Shown here: positions 22,765 through 36,890 of the stretch, piece by piece
How positions within the stretch are numbered: the stretch's first letter is position 1
Layout: every line of letters starts with the position of its first letter
NCBI GenBank assembly: GCA_030704615.1
Contig: CM060734.1
Location: 50,282,001-50,346,000, forward strand
Length of the DNA stretch: 64,000 nucleotides
From: Takakia lepidozioides
Taxonomy: Eukaryota; Plantae; Bryophyta
Direction: 5' to 3'
Position numbers and translations under genes: made by a program
The notes under the pieces: model-generated
What the model saw: the letters and a program-made list of their open reading frames with translations, nothing else
Databases searched by the model: none
What the model was told of the DNA's origin: nothing

Positions 22765-23137
22765 TTATTGCCCAGGTTTGAAGGGGGGTGTGAGGATTAG
22801 AGAGTGGTCCGGGAATTAAAAGGCGGGTGATATAGTAAGCTACCGCCCACTCAGGGATTACCTTATACATAGCTTGATAAATTTGCTTGGCCTCCAAGCC
22901 AAAGTAGACTGCTACTCGCCACTCCTTGTGCAGTGGCAATGGAGTCATTTAACCGAGTCCATCTTCAGCCCTACTGCTCATGTGATATTTGATTTCAGCC
23001 TTTCTCGTACAATTGTTGAGAGTGAACCAAATTGTGGCAAATTGCAGGGGGGCGGGCTTTGGAAAGCCACTGCCCATACTGGACAACACTTTGTGTGAGC
23101 AATTTTGGCATGCACTGCGACAAAGAAAGAGACAATG

Positions 23138-23920
23138 TGCTCATGTTCACTTGTTCCTGCTACATCTGGACGCAAGGGGGTGCATATGCCCGGAGGACAA
23201 AGGGTGGGGCTGGGTCCAATAAGGACAGCACTTCAAACTTCTGGGAAGATCCCACATTCAGAAATCCCACATTCATCTCTCGCAACCAGCGATGAATTCA
23301 AAAGGAATCTGGATTTCTGCACAGCTTCTTTCGCATCCAAATGGTTTTCAACTGAGGCCTCAGAGAGAGCCCAGGCTCATGCTTGCATCCTGGTGATTAG
23401 CAGCCCACATCCTATTGCACTTATAAAGTGATTGTTCCCACCACACTTGGGCTGTGAAGCTGGAGCATCTCATTCATAATACTCTGAACTTTACTCCCAC
23501 AGATTGAACTGTCTATTCTCAGTTTTCTAAGCCCATGGGTATAAGCCCATGGGGATGGGGGCACATTGGAGCCCTGCAGATTTCAGAGGATTTAATGAAT
23601 GTAAAAGAAGGATGCGACCACCCCAGTAACTAAATTTAAGAGGCCAATGCAGTGGCATGTTTCACCCAAGGAGGTGCAAAAGGGCCAACCATCGACAGCC
23701 AACTGGCCACCGATAATGTATCATGACAAGCCAATAGAGATCTCAGGCAGCGCAGCAGAACTCTCCCTTCCCAGATGATTATACATGTATTACCAGAAGC
23801 AACAAGACATTCCATTCCTTCCACATGGTGAGGGTAACAATTGCTGGGCTTGTCAATCCTCACAATACCCATCGCCCAAGGCAGCCGTCAAAATCCAAGT
23901 ATCTTCTCCATAACGTACAC
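23138..23920 (-). repeat. Duplicated copy of the SYP4 last codons and 3' flank
   Basis: 23231-23920 matches 27307-27970 (VYVM(E/K)KILGF* plus downstream); 23138-23170 matches 26628-26660. Confidence 0.85.
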
Positions 23921-24559
23921 GAAATTCACACCGTCAGCTTACCACACATGATTGTTAAAACCCCGTAAATGCACTTGCAGCCACATACATGTTCCTACAT
24001 TGCTGATCCAGTATGAAAAGATTCAAAATGCAATTGCTGTCGAAGAGGCTCTCAGAAATAGTTGCTACCCTCTTGAGGTAGGATTTGAAGTTACTCATGT
24101 TCAGTACAGTTTCCATATGACAATCCAGGCATATTAGCTTGCTAGATACTAGATCTTCAGGAACATAGAAATTCATAAATACTTGCTATTCCATTTGGAG
24201 CCAGTATTGAGAACAAAAGTCTTGGGTGAGATCTTGGGTGGTGCCGTCCGGTACTGTGCCATTAGAACTAGTTGATGTAGATACAGTTGCTGGTCTCTCG
24301 TGCTGTCAAGAACGAGAAGTGTGAATACCTTTCCTGTGTAAATCGAGTGACGTGCTGGTTTTGGAATAAGATCAATTGTGGTTCCTGTCATAAGTGAGAA
24401 CTGGCTGGATTGGGCTTATGCTACCGTCGAGAATAGCACGAGCAGGATTCCTGTCACGATTCAGAACTGGTTTGAATTGAATATGTGCAGAGATGTGATC
24501 AGACTGGACTTGCCCTCCGGTTGAAAGTTTTAGAGAAACGTCATAAGGTCAGTCAGCTA

Positions 24560-25450
24560 CCAACCTGTGAAGAGGAATTATGTAGCCCACAGCCTGCACG
24601 CCAAGCATCCCAAGCGAGATGTAGGGCATCGACTCCGGATGGCGCTTGACATGTGACAACTGGGCACCAATACATAGCAGCATCAGAGTTAGGGGTTCCA
24701 CACTAAACGACCCTTCCAGACTCTGCCGAGAAATGATCTCATCCCGCTGTTGCTTGTAAGTGATCGGGAAAGTCTCAAGGTCCGTCGGTTTGAAGTAGAA
24801 AGGTTCGTCCACATTTCGTCCACATTCCGCCGGCGATGTCTATCTTCACAGTTAGCCTTGTCAGCCACCTAGCAACTATTGAGGGGTACTCCAGAACAAT
24901 TTCAAGGGAACAGTCAAGCCCATCATCTAAGGCATATGCATTGTCCTGGGGCGGGGTCCAATTGGCATCTCTACTGGTCGACAGCCCTTCATGTACATTT
25001 TCCCATCCTTGGGATTATACAGACCTTCTGCAAAATAATCGAGCGGATTTGCAGCAGAAAACCCAGCTGGTGTAATCTTCAAGTGAGCTCCCACTTTGAA
25101 ATATTCTGGCTGCTTGCTTGGGCGGCGTGCACTTGAGCGAGGATTCGCTTTTAACGGCATCATCCATTGTCCCTCTGGGACCATGGTAAAATTACTCTGC
25201 TCGCAAGTACATTCACGTTCCCTTGTTTGACGTCCCTACTATGACTGATATTTGCCTTATTCCCATCCTCAGAGAACCTTCCCCCAGTGGCTAGTCCATA
25301 TTCAAGCTTATGCGGAGACTGTCCCACTGAAACTCTTTCATTAAGACTAGAAATCTGCCTACCCGAGGCACCCCCATTGAGGGATTACGTCCTGGAAGGA
25401 CTCAAACTTCCCCCTTAGGCAAAGAGCCACTATGCATGAAACATCGTTCA
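24560..25450 (-). pseudogene. DUF2921-family membrane protein fragment
   Basis: AEGLYNPKDGKMYMKGCR; DEPFYFKP..TFPITY.QQR.EI.SR..LEG; QLSHVKRHP..MPYISL.MLGVQAVGY.IPL. Frameshifted and truncated. Confidence 0.7.
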
Positions 25451-25770
25451 GATATAGATTACAACCAACTGGAGACAGACGTATGCACCAGGGGCCTGCA
25501 CGAGTAGTTGGTGGACTCTGAAAATAGCATTAGTCACAAAGGCGTTACAAAGACGTCGTAGAGTGGGAGAAGCGGAGGGGTAGGAAGCGAGATATACATC
25601 ACAATTGATACCAAAATTGTAAACAGCATTGTCAAATTAAAGGAAGTCGTTTTACTCATCCACAAGTACAAGGCCACAATCTGAGGCATGGTGGACATAC
25701 TACCAAGCACGGTCAGGAAACTATAGATACTTCAGCACCTTTCTGAGCCTCCTAACACCGGCTCAAACAC

Positions 25771-26211
25771 TCAAGCAGTCAGAACAACGGCACCACCAGC
25801 CTCTTTGATCTTCTTCTCAGCTAGCTTTGAGAAAAACTTGGCCTTCACGACCAGAGGTTGCCCAGGTAGATCTCCCTTTCCAAGAACTTTGAAGAAACCG
25901 TGCTGCGTGACGTCCAACAATGGGGCGCTCTTCTCACCGTCAACCTTCTCCTTGACAGCCTCAGGTACCAACGACCAGAGCTTGTCCAAATTCACAATGG
26001 GGCAATGATACTTGTTCATGGTCTTGTGGAAGTATCTCATACCAACCTTGCCGAAGTAGCCGGGATGATACTTATCAAACAAGATTCGGTGATGGTGCAT
26101 ACCTCCAGCGTTACCCCGACCTCCCGGATGCTTCCTGTGCTTCCCAACACGCCCATGCCCTGCGCTCACATGCCCTCTCTTCTTCCGATTCTTCTTCAAC
26201 CTCGTCGTCAT
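25771..26211 (-). CDS. RPL27A: 60S ribosomal protein L27a (uL15), 146 aa, intronless
   Basis: [51 protein letters not shown]; telo-box-like TAACCCTAA ~26284-26292 upstream. Confidence 0.97.
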   Translation of the reverse strand: MTTRLKKNRKKRGHVSAGHGRVGKHRKHPGGRGNAGGMHHHRILFDKYHPGYFGKVGMRYFHKTMNKYHCPIVNLDKLWSLVPEAVKEKVDGEKSAPLLDVTQHGFFKVLGKGDLPGQPLVVKAKFFSKLAEKKIKEAGGAVVLTA

Positions 26212-26752
26212 GGCCGCTCCACCACCACTGCAGGCCACCCTCGAGATGCTCCCAGACAGAGAGACACAGCTCTCCACAGCTCCTAACCCTAATCCTCAAA
26301 CCCTCGCCTCAGATCAACGGTTACGATCTTTATTTGTTTATGAGGCGAGCCGGTAACTATGGGAAAATGGTTTCAACGTTTTGCTAATATGTCAACCCCA
26401 GAACTACCGATCTAGCTTGTCTAAATCTGGACAAAGTACCATAAGATCATATACCTATCATATTATACTTATACATTGTTTCTAATGTATTTCGCAGAGT
26501 ATATATTTCCAATGAAAAGAATCATTGTTCGGTGCTAAGTTAGTAGTGTGCGGAGAAATGCGAAGCCCTAATGTAGAATAAAGCAACAAAAGTTTAATAG
26601 GTTTGAAGAAAGTGGCAGGTATCCTAGTGCTCATGTTCACTGCTTCTGCTACATCTGGAACCCTTCCATGAATATCACAAGAGGCACCTCATCCCAATGC
26701 CTCAATATCCTACAAGCCAATCAGAACTATTTTGAAAAGGATAAGTGCTCTC

Positions 26753-26832
26753 TATCAAGGGGCCTGATTTGTGAGCTGTCGCTCCCAGGTGTTTCCCTTT
26801 TAATATTTAAAAAAGAAAAAAGAAGAAAAAAA
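26753..26832 (+). mobile_element. 5'-truncated SINE family B copy
   Basis: tatcaaggggcctgatttgtgagctgtcgctcccaggtgtttccc plus A tail; AAGTGCT on both flanks (possible TSD). Confidence 0.7.
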
Positions 26833-27937
26833 AGTGCTTACTATCTCAAGTATGTCGTACATGGTATGAGGTATAAAAATGGGCTAGCAAATAGTGGGTG
26901 GGTGGACTGCAAAATTACATCAAAGGCAGAAGTGACAAAAGACCTAGCTAAGAGGACTCACCCTTCACATGTGTACCCACCACCTCGAGCATCGCCCTCT
27001 CAGACAAGGGATGAAGAGGTTTGAACTGGGTGTAAGCTAGGTTCCTAATGTCCTGTGCTGAAACAAATCCTGCGTGCCAAGGTGAAGAAAATTTGTGGCA
27101 CAGAGACTTGAGATGTCACCATATCCAAGACGTTTTACTTGCAACTAGGACTCACAAAAAGGTTCAAGACACCATTTCATAGACCCAAATGAGGATTTCT
27201 TGATGGTGGCATCCTGGCATTCACGCCAGGCTCACTGTCACCAGAGACCAGTTAGTCTCATAACACAAACAAAGCACTGCCAAGTCTTCGATAAAGCTTC
27301 TCCAATCTTCAAACTTCTGGGAAGCCGAATAGAAATCCCACATTCATCTCTTGCAACAAGCGATGAATTCAAAAGGAATCTGGATTTCTGCACAGCTTCT
27401 TTCGCATCCAAATGGTTGTCTACTGAGGCCTCGGAGAGAGTCCAGGCATCCTGGTGATTAGCAGCCCACATCATATTGCACTTCTAAAGTGATCGTACCC
27501 ACCACTGATGGGCTGTCAAGCTGGACCTACAACTCGGAGCATCTCATTCAAAATACTCTGAACTTTACTCCCACAGATTGAACTGCCTATTCTCCGTTTT
27601 CTAAGCCATGGGGATGGGGGCACATTGGAGCCCAGCAGATTTCAGAGGATTTAATGACTGTAAAAGAAGGATGTGACCACCCCAGTAACTAAATTTTAAG
27701 AGTCCAATGCAGTGGCATATTTCACCCGAGGAGGTGCAAAAGGGCCAACCCCTTGACAGCCAACTGGCCACTGATAATGTATCATGACAAGCCAATAGAG
27801 ATCTCAGCAGCACAGCTCTCCCTTCCCAGATGATTATACATGTATTACCAGAAGCAACAAGACATTCCTTCCACATGGTGAGGGTAACAATTGCTGGGCT
27901 TGTCAATCCGCACAATACCCATTGCCCAAGGTAGCCG

Positions 27938-30900
27938 TCAAAATCCAAGTATCTTCTTCATAACGTACACAAAAAGCATAATTGCACAGAGCGCAATGAG
28001 CACCATCACGCACATCACCATACCCCCCTTCTTCTGAGTGTCCTCTGCCTGCCGGCATGCAAAACAAGTGGGTCAAAACATCACAACACAGTACTCGAGT
28101 ACACCCACTTTACATGCATGTTGTTTGACTATACCTACATTTAAGACAAGAACCTCTGACTTCATATCCCTGTACTGCAAACTTACACTAAACGACTGTT
28201 GCCACGAGGACTGATTGATGGAAGCAGACATCATCATGTAAAGAACTCAAGTAGAAAACTTATAGTTAGCTAAGGAAAATTTAAAGCGTCCTCTTCGCAA
28301 GCAATTTTAGCCGCACAGTGATATGTCCGTGCTTATAAAGGCCTTTCAAACAAGTAAAGTTCACTGTTGATCTCTACAGCAGAAGAAGACCACACAGTAT
28401 CTTCATTCCTTCCAGTCAAGATCTGGTATCTGAAGAATGCTGCAGTATGGTCAAAAATTTAGTCACGAGTTCAATTCCCCTAACTGGAAAATATGAAAAA
28501 GGTAGAAGGGCATACACTATGAAGTTACTGTTCCACAAAGAAACAGAGACCTTCCAAACAGTTGGGAAAGCAATAAGCCTCCACCCCATCTCTGGCTCAG
28601 TGCATCATATGTAGTCTATTCAGCCCTCAGCGGCTACGGCAAACAACGTCTTATGAGAAGAACATCTTATGAGTACATTCTATTCAGCCCTCAGTGCATT
28701 TGGTAAAAGCAAAAGTGGGCTTGCGGATGACCAGGAGTGCAGGAGGTATAAGAAGAGAGCGAAAACCTTGCAAAAGCACAGCCTCTCTGCAGGTTCATGT
28801 GAAGCTCCCCACTCGTTTCCTGATATTCTATCTTCATAAGCTGATATGGTCCAAGAATGTACTCATACGACGTTTGCCGCACCCTTGTGACCATAGACTC
28901 CACTCCCAGTTTGGGAGGAACATGAGGGAACAGACACTACCTTGGTGAAGGGCTCACTCCAGTAGTGGGACTTCCAATGATATAAACAATTAGTTATGGC
29001 TTTCCAGATTTCCTCTAGAAAGCCTTCACACAAGCATCAATCTGCTGTGTGTGAGCTGCCCCGAGACCAGGGCTTAAGGCTCAACCTCATAATTTTGGAA
29101 GTTGGTGAACATACCCCGGACATTGTATCAGAAAATGGATACTGTCTTCAGGCCACCCGCACATTGGAAACTGACAATCTCCCTTTCCTCTCTGCATATG
29201 TTTATTGTTCAAAGGAAGATTCCTTGCCCTGAATTTCAATTTCAGTCAAGTGCCGAGGGTAAGTAGGCCCTTCTCAAATCGTCCTTAACATCCTTACCCA
29301 TGTCACAAACTGGAAAAGAGTTCAGTAAGTTTTATGCCTAAGTGTCTTTGTGCTTCCGACCTCCAAGTCAGCTTCATCTAGCAGGGCCAGTTCTTCCTGC
29401 TTAATTCTCAAGTACTTGAGAATCTTCTCTACCCCTTTCCACCAGGACTTAGCAATGGTCTTGCTTCCAAGAAATAGAGTTGATCATCTTGGGGTATCTG
29501 GTATTAGGCAAGCAATTCAACTGACCCCACCATCTAACCTTGAAATCATACCATCGAAAGCTCGAGGGTGGTAAGCCAAACTTGCCCCGAACAGCCACGT
29601 TAGCAGTTCTAGAGCATGCAGACGTGCTCTCTTTGAGCACCGAAGCTGAATGCATTCTAAAGTTTTAGCATGGTTGGAGTTTCAATCCCCCATGGCAGAC
29701 GCGTACTCGAACGTAGGATTAATAATGTTGCAAAGGGTCAAAGACAAGGTTTGAATGCCTTTATGCATGCCAGAACAATCTGCTACAGAACAAAACGAGA
29801 GTGGTACAAGCCACATACCTTCACCAGTTCCTTCACTCCCTGCTCCACTGATGCTGCAACGTTGGTGATGTTGTAGTCAATGCGATCCACAATTGTCCCC
29901 TGGTCATGTTCCGTACACACACAACATTACTTGAAACTCAGCCCAAGACAAAACAGTCATCTTCCACTCAAAAAAAAAGCCTTGATCTTATCCTCTTCTC
30001 CTTGAGATCTGACCAAGAAACCTACTGACATGGCATTTTTTTGTAATTTACAAAGAAAGTTTTCAATCTGCATCATCCACATGTTTTGACATTGTTCTTC
30101 AAAAGGTTTGTTGACCACTGCTGCAGGCTACAGGAGGCAAAAGGGGCCATGAGGGCTAATGAAGACCTGCTCAACCCAACAATACACATGGATAAGGTTG
30201 GCCAACCTGATCAATGACAAGTACTGAGAGGTCCTTCATGATTTGCGCCAGGTCATTCACTGACTCAACAATCTGGTCATTACACAAAGAGAAAGGTCTT
30301 GTCACCACTATAGCACTACGAACCAAACCTAGAAAATGGTAACCTCTGCATTTTGTGTTGCTGGGAACCAACAATGGACCCGGATAGATAACAAGTTTGC
30401 ATAAAAATGATTTTACACACCTGAGAGATTTCCTTCTCCCGTTCGGCTGAGAGTGCCTCATTCTGCCTGACTTGCATCACTTGCTGGTCATTGAAAGCCT
30501 GGAAGTATCGCCAAAGTGAGCTTCATGTCTCTCGTCCTATAACTATTAGGAATTAATCCCCACAGGACTCGGACCTCTCTTAGTCATCTCTTGACATGCT
30601 TTTCCAATTTGCAGAGAAGGCCCCCTGGGGGAGGGGGTGTTTGCTGGGGGAATAAAGGAATGAAAATAACTAGTACCCCTTGAAGGTACATGCAGGATCA
30701 AGACCATCATTGGTGCTTAACCAAACTCAATGGTTTGCTTTGTTACCCCCAGCCAGAATATAAACTCCAATAACTTGCAGATGAATAGCATACAAGCTAA
30801 TTCTAAAGTTGTGGTGCTAGTGATGCCTACCTTGTCAAAGTGTACTTGTGTAGTCATTTATTTTCCACCAAGAAGTAGATTATGCACAAACCATATCAGG

Positions 30901-32885
30901 AAGGAAGATCAATGTCTGAAATCAGTTGCAAACAGTTCAAGCTTTCGACTTTCAGTACGAAGCGAAAATACTTGAGACACTGACCTCAGCAAATCCATCG
31001 TACGAAGGTTGTCTTGACTTCTGCTTTCCCATGCCGATCCCATCGTCTACAGATTGACCCTGCTTATTCAAAAGGAAAACAATTTCAAATTCAACCCTCA
31101 GTGCTATTCATCCGGAACAGAGAAACCATATTCTAACACTTTCTTGCACATGTGGCATCGCACAATGAGGCCGGTTCACAGCCAACACCCAACCTCCCCC
31201 ACCATATATTCAGAAAGAACCCCCCATTTTTTATGTCGAGGAGCTGTATACTGGGGAAATCTTGACTAATGACCTCCAACCTTCCTTAACATGCCATACC
31301 AGGGAACTGCAATCCAGAGAACACTTCCTCCAGGCTATAATTTGCAAGATAGGACCTATGATTTGTAAAGCAAGGCCTTTTTTGGTTTGCTTTCTGTAAC
31401 ACAGGAAATTCCAGGGCTTACAAGCACAAAAGGCCAGGCCGAGCATTTCGGCTGGGGGTAGCCCTTATTGGTGGCTCGTGTCCAGTGCAACCTAATCTAT
31501 GCAAGCTTTATGCACAACCTCAGAGAATGACCAACTCTGGACCGCTTGCCCAGAAAATCTGTACCACTGTTATGTGCTTTATGCAACTCCTACCAGTAGG
31601 GGTTTCTAAATCTGTTGCTTGTAAACTCTGGAAGTGTGGTGTACCTCATCCACCTAGTTGTCATTTGCATCAACACATTACCTCTTGTTGTCGCCGCAAC
31701 TTCTGCAAGTATCCCTTTTGCTGCTTGCGAAAATCCATGGACAGTGCCTGTAAATCTGTTGCCAACGATCTCTGTGTGCAAAAATTTCAGACATGGTGAT
31801 CCTTATTAGGGGAGAAACAGACTTTACTACTCCAGAATGTGACTGATACTTCGATGGATGGTCAACAGCTCAGCAGGACTTACACCTGTCCGAACTTCCA
31901 TTCTGCACGCAAAGGTTCAGTCATACTATACTGGAATGCCGAATTAAGCACACCCTCGCAATTACTAACACCACATACAATTCTTCATAACACATTTTGC
32001 TAGCCTAAATGAATAATCTTGACTAGCACTAATTCAAACCCAAGGTCTTACTTGGACATTCTTTCGGATATTGGCGTCCTGCTCACTTGGACCAGTCCCC
32101 TTGGAGAGCTTCTGAAGCATTTGTTCGCACTTCTTGAGTAATTTAGTAATTTCTTGCGACAGCAACTCGATTGTTTGTTCTTCCCTGGAACTCTCGTCGA
32201 AGGTAGGCATCAGCGCTCGACTGTGTGCTTTGGCCAACTCTCCCATTTTTCCCCGTGCTCGCTGCATGTCTGAGGAGACCTGGTCTGATATATCCACCCA
32301 AGCTGGCGGCAAGTTCATTGTCGTCGTCCCTGCCCTACAACATAATCGACCATTTATTCCCTCTCCGTGCGAGCCATTTTTTATTGCTACCAGATCCAAG
32401 GTACTCAAGAGCTGATCCACAGAAAAAGACCAAGATGCATTGGCCCAGGACCACTGGACCAGATCCGACCGGAAGCTCGAGCATCGTTTCGGAAACCCTA
32501 CATTTCAACTGCGCTGATCTTGAGTGGGATGAGCTCTCTTGTGGATAATCACAATAAAGAACAGCACCTTATGCCGAGCCATTGACACCGTGTACAGACA
32601 TAGCTGGGGTGCCATTAAGTAAGATGAACCGCTCCCTCCACGTCAAGGTTGTCCAATGTTTTGGGAAATACTGAAGATGAGTAAAGAAGAATACCTGAAG
32701 GCAGTAGCATCAGAATCATCCGCTCTAATTGCACTGTAACCTCGTGGACCTCCTTGATTGAGCAAGGGAGCTTCTACAAGCTCGATCGATCCTCCTCCCG
32801 GGCCTGATGTCGATGCAAAAGGTTTCACACTTCGCAATGCATCGCGATACTTCCGGAACAGCGCTGTCTGATTGCGCGTGGCCAT
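27938..32885 (-). CDS. SYP4: Qa-SNARE syntaxin SYP4 (SYP41/42/43, Tlg2/Stx16 type), 8 exons
   Basis: Exons approximately 32885-32695 (MATRNQT), 32334-32052 (LPPAWVD), 31772-31683 (RSLATDLQ), 31060-30986, 30498-30421 (EREKEISQ), 30272-30207 (IVESVNDLAQIMKDLSVLVIDQ), 29899-29819 (GTIVDRIDYNI), 28048-27938 (TM, stop). GT-AG introns. Confidence 0.93.
28720..29660 (-). mobile_element. Degenerate non-LTR (LINE) 3' fragment in the last SYP4 intron
   Basis: ..CQFPMCGWPEDSIHFLIQCPGY and AFARFSLSS resemble LINE ORF2 C-terminal motifs; many stops. Confidence 0.45.
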
Positions 32886-34862
32886 GGCTCCCCACTTGAT
32901 GCAACCTTCCAATACAAGGGAGATGCAGCCAAACCAGGAGGTTTCCTCCGCCCCTAATGCTCAAGATTCCTGTACCAATGCGATAGCAGCACTGTTATGA
33001 TTCCAGATAGCAACAACGGAGGATCTACACAAAACCTAACAATGAAAATACAAATGTTCCACACCGGACTACCTCCAGAATCGAAACTCGTGGCGCTTGT
33101 CTCTGTAGGTTGCCCCAAAATTCCGAGACGAAGAAGATACGGAAACAGCAGGGGGTTCTCCAGCAATCCTAGAACCAATGTATGAATATCGATCAAGTCA
33201 GTTGGCAACAACAACCCGGGATTTTTATGGAATCTGAGAAACAAAACACCGCCATCAATGCAATTTTCAGTTGGCTCACTTGATAAAGCACGCACTAAAG
33301 GAGGAACGGCCATGGCTAGGAGTGGAGCAGATCTCGTCCATGGCCCGAGCTTGTGCTACATTACATGCTTGCAGGGATTCACTGCTCAGCGACCCTGCCT
33401 CTCTCCTTCCCTCCTATTATTGCTCCACACGTGCGGAGGTTCCCGCAGGCGATTTTCATTATGAATTATAACCTCCCTGTAGGTTATTCCCCCGGTTTTG
33501 GAAAACGGGTATCGATGTCGATATCTGAGATGCCCGTGTGTAGTTAGTTAACGAAAGAACAGTTATTTCAAGTGAAATGTGATTATTGTTTTTAACGTTA
33601 ACGAAAGGGGCCCTTTTAATCAAATTCTAGCGACGACCGAAGGTCGAGAGCTAGTTTAGCGTAGAGCAGGAATAGGGTGCCATAGTGCCACATCATCGTC
33701 GCCATGTGTCGTAGCCACCTGTCGTCGCCACGTTTCGTACGTCGTCAATTTCTTTCTATCTGCCCGGATTGTCCGAAAAATCCGAAAATAACTTCTTGAA
33801 CGGTACTTCGTCGAGACTGACCCTTTTCCTCCCTGCTTCTGTTTGATGTTCAAAGGAGAGAGAGAGAGCGCGAGCGCAATGGCTACATAGGTTGATAAGG
33901 CCTGGCCACAAGATCGAGAACAGTATGGTGATGGAAGAGTTCAAAGTGCGGTTCTGGTGTAGACGGTGGAGCTCCTTTGGAGCTTGCAGATGAAAGTGAG
34001 TATGACTCACAGTGACGCAGCCTTGTCATGCACAAGCTTGTTTAGCCTCTTGGACATGTTGAAATATTCCTCATTGTGTAGTGTCCAATGAGCTCACAGT
34101 GACTCGCGTGAATGCTGTTGAAAACTAAACTAGAACTCCTTCAAAAAAGAACCTGTCACAGTTTTGATTGTGTCCGATTTTTAGGCACAAACGTCTACAG
34201 TGCTGCCACAAAGTTTTGAAAGATCTCTATAATGGTGGGACAGCCGTAAAGGCAAAGTGTAGCTTTTGTAGTGTACAATGTGAAGAAGTTTGTCCGTTGT
34301 GCAAAAGTGGGCCCTTCATGATTTGTTCTTTGCCGTGTTGTTTACAATGTACTTGGGAGGGTCGGCTCGGTTTTTCAGGCGGTGCTTCAATCTATTGCGC
34401 CTCAGCTGCACCGTGGTGGTCCTCAGAGACCAATCAGTTATCACCCAACTACAGACACAAGCAGCGCACACAAGAAGTCCTTTGGGTTGGTGGTTGGTTG
34501 AATCCCCCTTCGGTGAAAGAAAAGCTAGCTGCCTTCATGACACAAGGTGAAGGACAATGTGGTGAGGGCACCTTCTTCTTCAACACATTTATGTTTGTCC
34601 TCTTATCAGAATCTTATCAGACAATCGAGGCGAAAAGGAGAATGCTTGGTAAACTTCAGAGAAGTAGACAACAAGATGCATCACAAAGCTTTCTTGGAAA
34701 TTGTCATCCTCTCTCTCTCTCTTTCTCCCCAGCACATTTTTAAAGTCTTGGGACCAATTCAGAGTAGGAGCTAGTGTGTGATCAGTAGGGTTTGGGTGTT
34801 TGCTAGAAAAAATTCAGCTGTCATTGTCAGCTTCTAGCAGCAAGGGCAAGGTCTATGCATTA

Positions 34863-36890
34863 ATGGTGGTGAGGAAGGGATAGCTGAAGGAGAGCAGGGA
34901 TAGAGTGTGGGTCCAGATTCATCCAAGAGGGATGGATATCAGGCACAATAGTGCCCATGATTCCCTGTGGATTGATAGCTACAGGAAACCTGCATGGGTA
35001 GATGGTCAACTGGAAACGGCGGCAGCGGCATATTTGAAATCAGGTGCTCCACCATGGCCACAGCTTCCAAGGGAGGACCAAGAGAGGGAGTCCACAATAC
35101 CGCTTCTGGCACTTCTGGGCACGTGAGGATGCTATGTGAGGCAGGGCAACTGAAAGAGGCTCTACAGATTTTGAAGGGTTTCAGCAGATTCAGATACTTA
35201 TGTCTGTCTCTTGCATAAGTGCATCAAGATGAAAGGCCTAGAAGCCGGAAAACAGGTGCATGCTCACATTATCCAAAGTGGATTCAAGCCCAACGTTTTT
35301 CTATGCAACACCCTTGTTAACATGTATGTGAAGTGTGGGAGCATTGTGGATGCACACTTAGTGTTCAACAAAATGCCTAAACAAGGTGTGATCACGTGGA
35401 ATATAATGATGGCTGAACGAGATGTGATCTCGTGGAACGCAATGATCACTGGATATGCTCAGCGTGGGTGCGGGATGAAGGCTTTGGAGACCTATGAGCA
35501 AATGATTCAGGAAGGGTTGAACCCAGACCAGGTCACATTCGTTTCCATTTTCAATGGTTGTGCCAGCGTAGGAGCCCTGGAGAGGGGCAAAGAGGTTCAT
35601 GCTGATATCCTTAAAGCTGAAATTGCATCTGACATCATTTTGGAGAATACCCTTGTTGACATGTATGCCAAATGTGGGAGCATGAACGATGCACATCAAG
35701 TGTTTGATGATACGGCTGAACAGAATGTGGTGTCATGGAGTGCGATCATTGCTGGATGTGCCCAGCATGGTCATGGTATTGAGGCCCTGCATCTCTTTGA
35801 ACGCATGCAACAGTAGGGCATGCAGCCAAACAGTATCACTTTTATATCTCTTCTCTCTGTGTGTATTCATGTGGGCCTAGTGGATGAAGGCCTTCACTAC
35901 GGTTGTCTGTCTCTTGCTTAAGTGCATCAAGATGAAAGGTCTGGAAGCTGGAAAGCAGGTGCACACTCACATTTTCCAAAGTGGATTCACGCCAAGGATG
36001 CGAAGGGAGTTTTCAACACTATGGCTGGACAAGATGTTGTGTCGTGGCACGCGATGCACAGCAGGGACGTGGGATGGTGGCTTTGGAGACTTATGATCAA
36101 ATGATGGGGGAAGGGGTGAAGCCCAACCACATCACCCAGATGTCATTCTGAACAATACCCTCGTGGACATGTATGCCAAATGTAGGAGGCATTTCAGCAG
36201 ATTCAGATACGTTTGTCTGTCTCTTGCTTAAGTGCATCAAGATGAAAGGTCTGGAAGCTGGAAAGCAGGTGCACACTCACATCATCCAAAGTGGATTCAC
36301 GCCAAGGATGCGAAGGGAGTTTTCAACACTATGGCTGAACAAGATGTTGTGTCGTGGCACGCGATGCACAGCAGGGACGTGGGATGGTGGCTTTGGAGAC
36401 CTATGATCAAATGATGGGGGAAGGGGTGAAGCCCAACCACATCACGTTTGTGCGCATTTGCAAGCCTGGCAGCCCTGGAAAAGGGCAAAGAGGTGCATGG
36501 TTGCATCTCGAAAGCTGCAATTGTACCAAATGTCACTCTGAACAATACTCTCGTGGACATGTATGCCAAATGTAGGAGGCATTTCAGCAGATTCAGGTAT
36601 GTTTGTCTGTCTCTTGCTTAAGTGCATCAAGATGAAAGGTCTGGAAGCTGGAAAGCAGGTGCACACTACATTATCCAAAGTGGATTCACGCCAAGTGTTT
36701 TTCTCCTCAACACCCTTGTCAACATGTCAAACCTGGGAGCTCTGGAAAAGGGGAAAGAGGTCCATGGTGACATCGTCAAAGCTGGAATTGTACCAGATGT
36801 CATTCTGAACACTGCCCTGGTGGACATGTATGCCAAATGTGGATGCATTAAGGATGCGAAGGGAGTTTTCAACACTATGGCTGAACGAGT
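34863..36890 (+). pseudogene. PLS-class PPR gene, broken and internally rearranged
   Basis: GKQVHAHII.SG..PNVFL.NTLVNMYVKCGS, DVISWNAMITGYAQ, NTLVDMYAKCG motifs. Frameshift ~35178, stop ~35814, ~390-bp internal repeats; no E/DYW domain. Confidence 0.88.

Noticed and set aside
23138-23920. Processed (spliced) SYP4 retrocopy
   Set aside because: The gap relative to the parent is replaced by unrelated sequence rather than cleanly spliced, and there is no poly(A) tail.
34168-34743. Cys-rich 191-aa ORF as a zinc-finger gene
   Set aside because: Non-ATG start and Cys spacing that fits no motif I recognise; cannot be supported.
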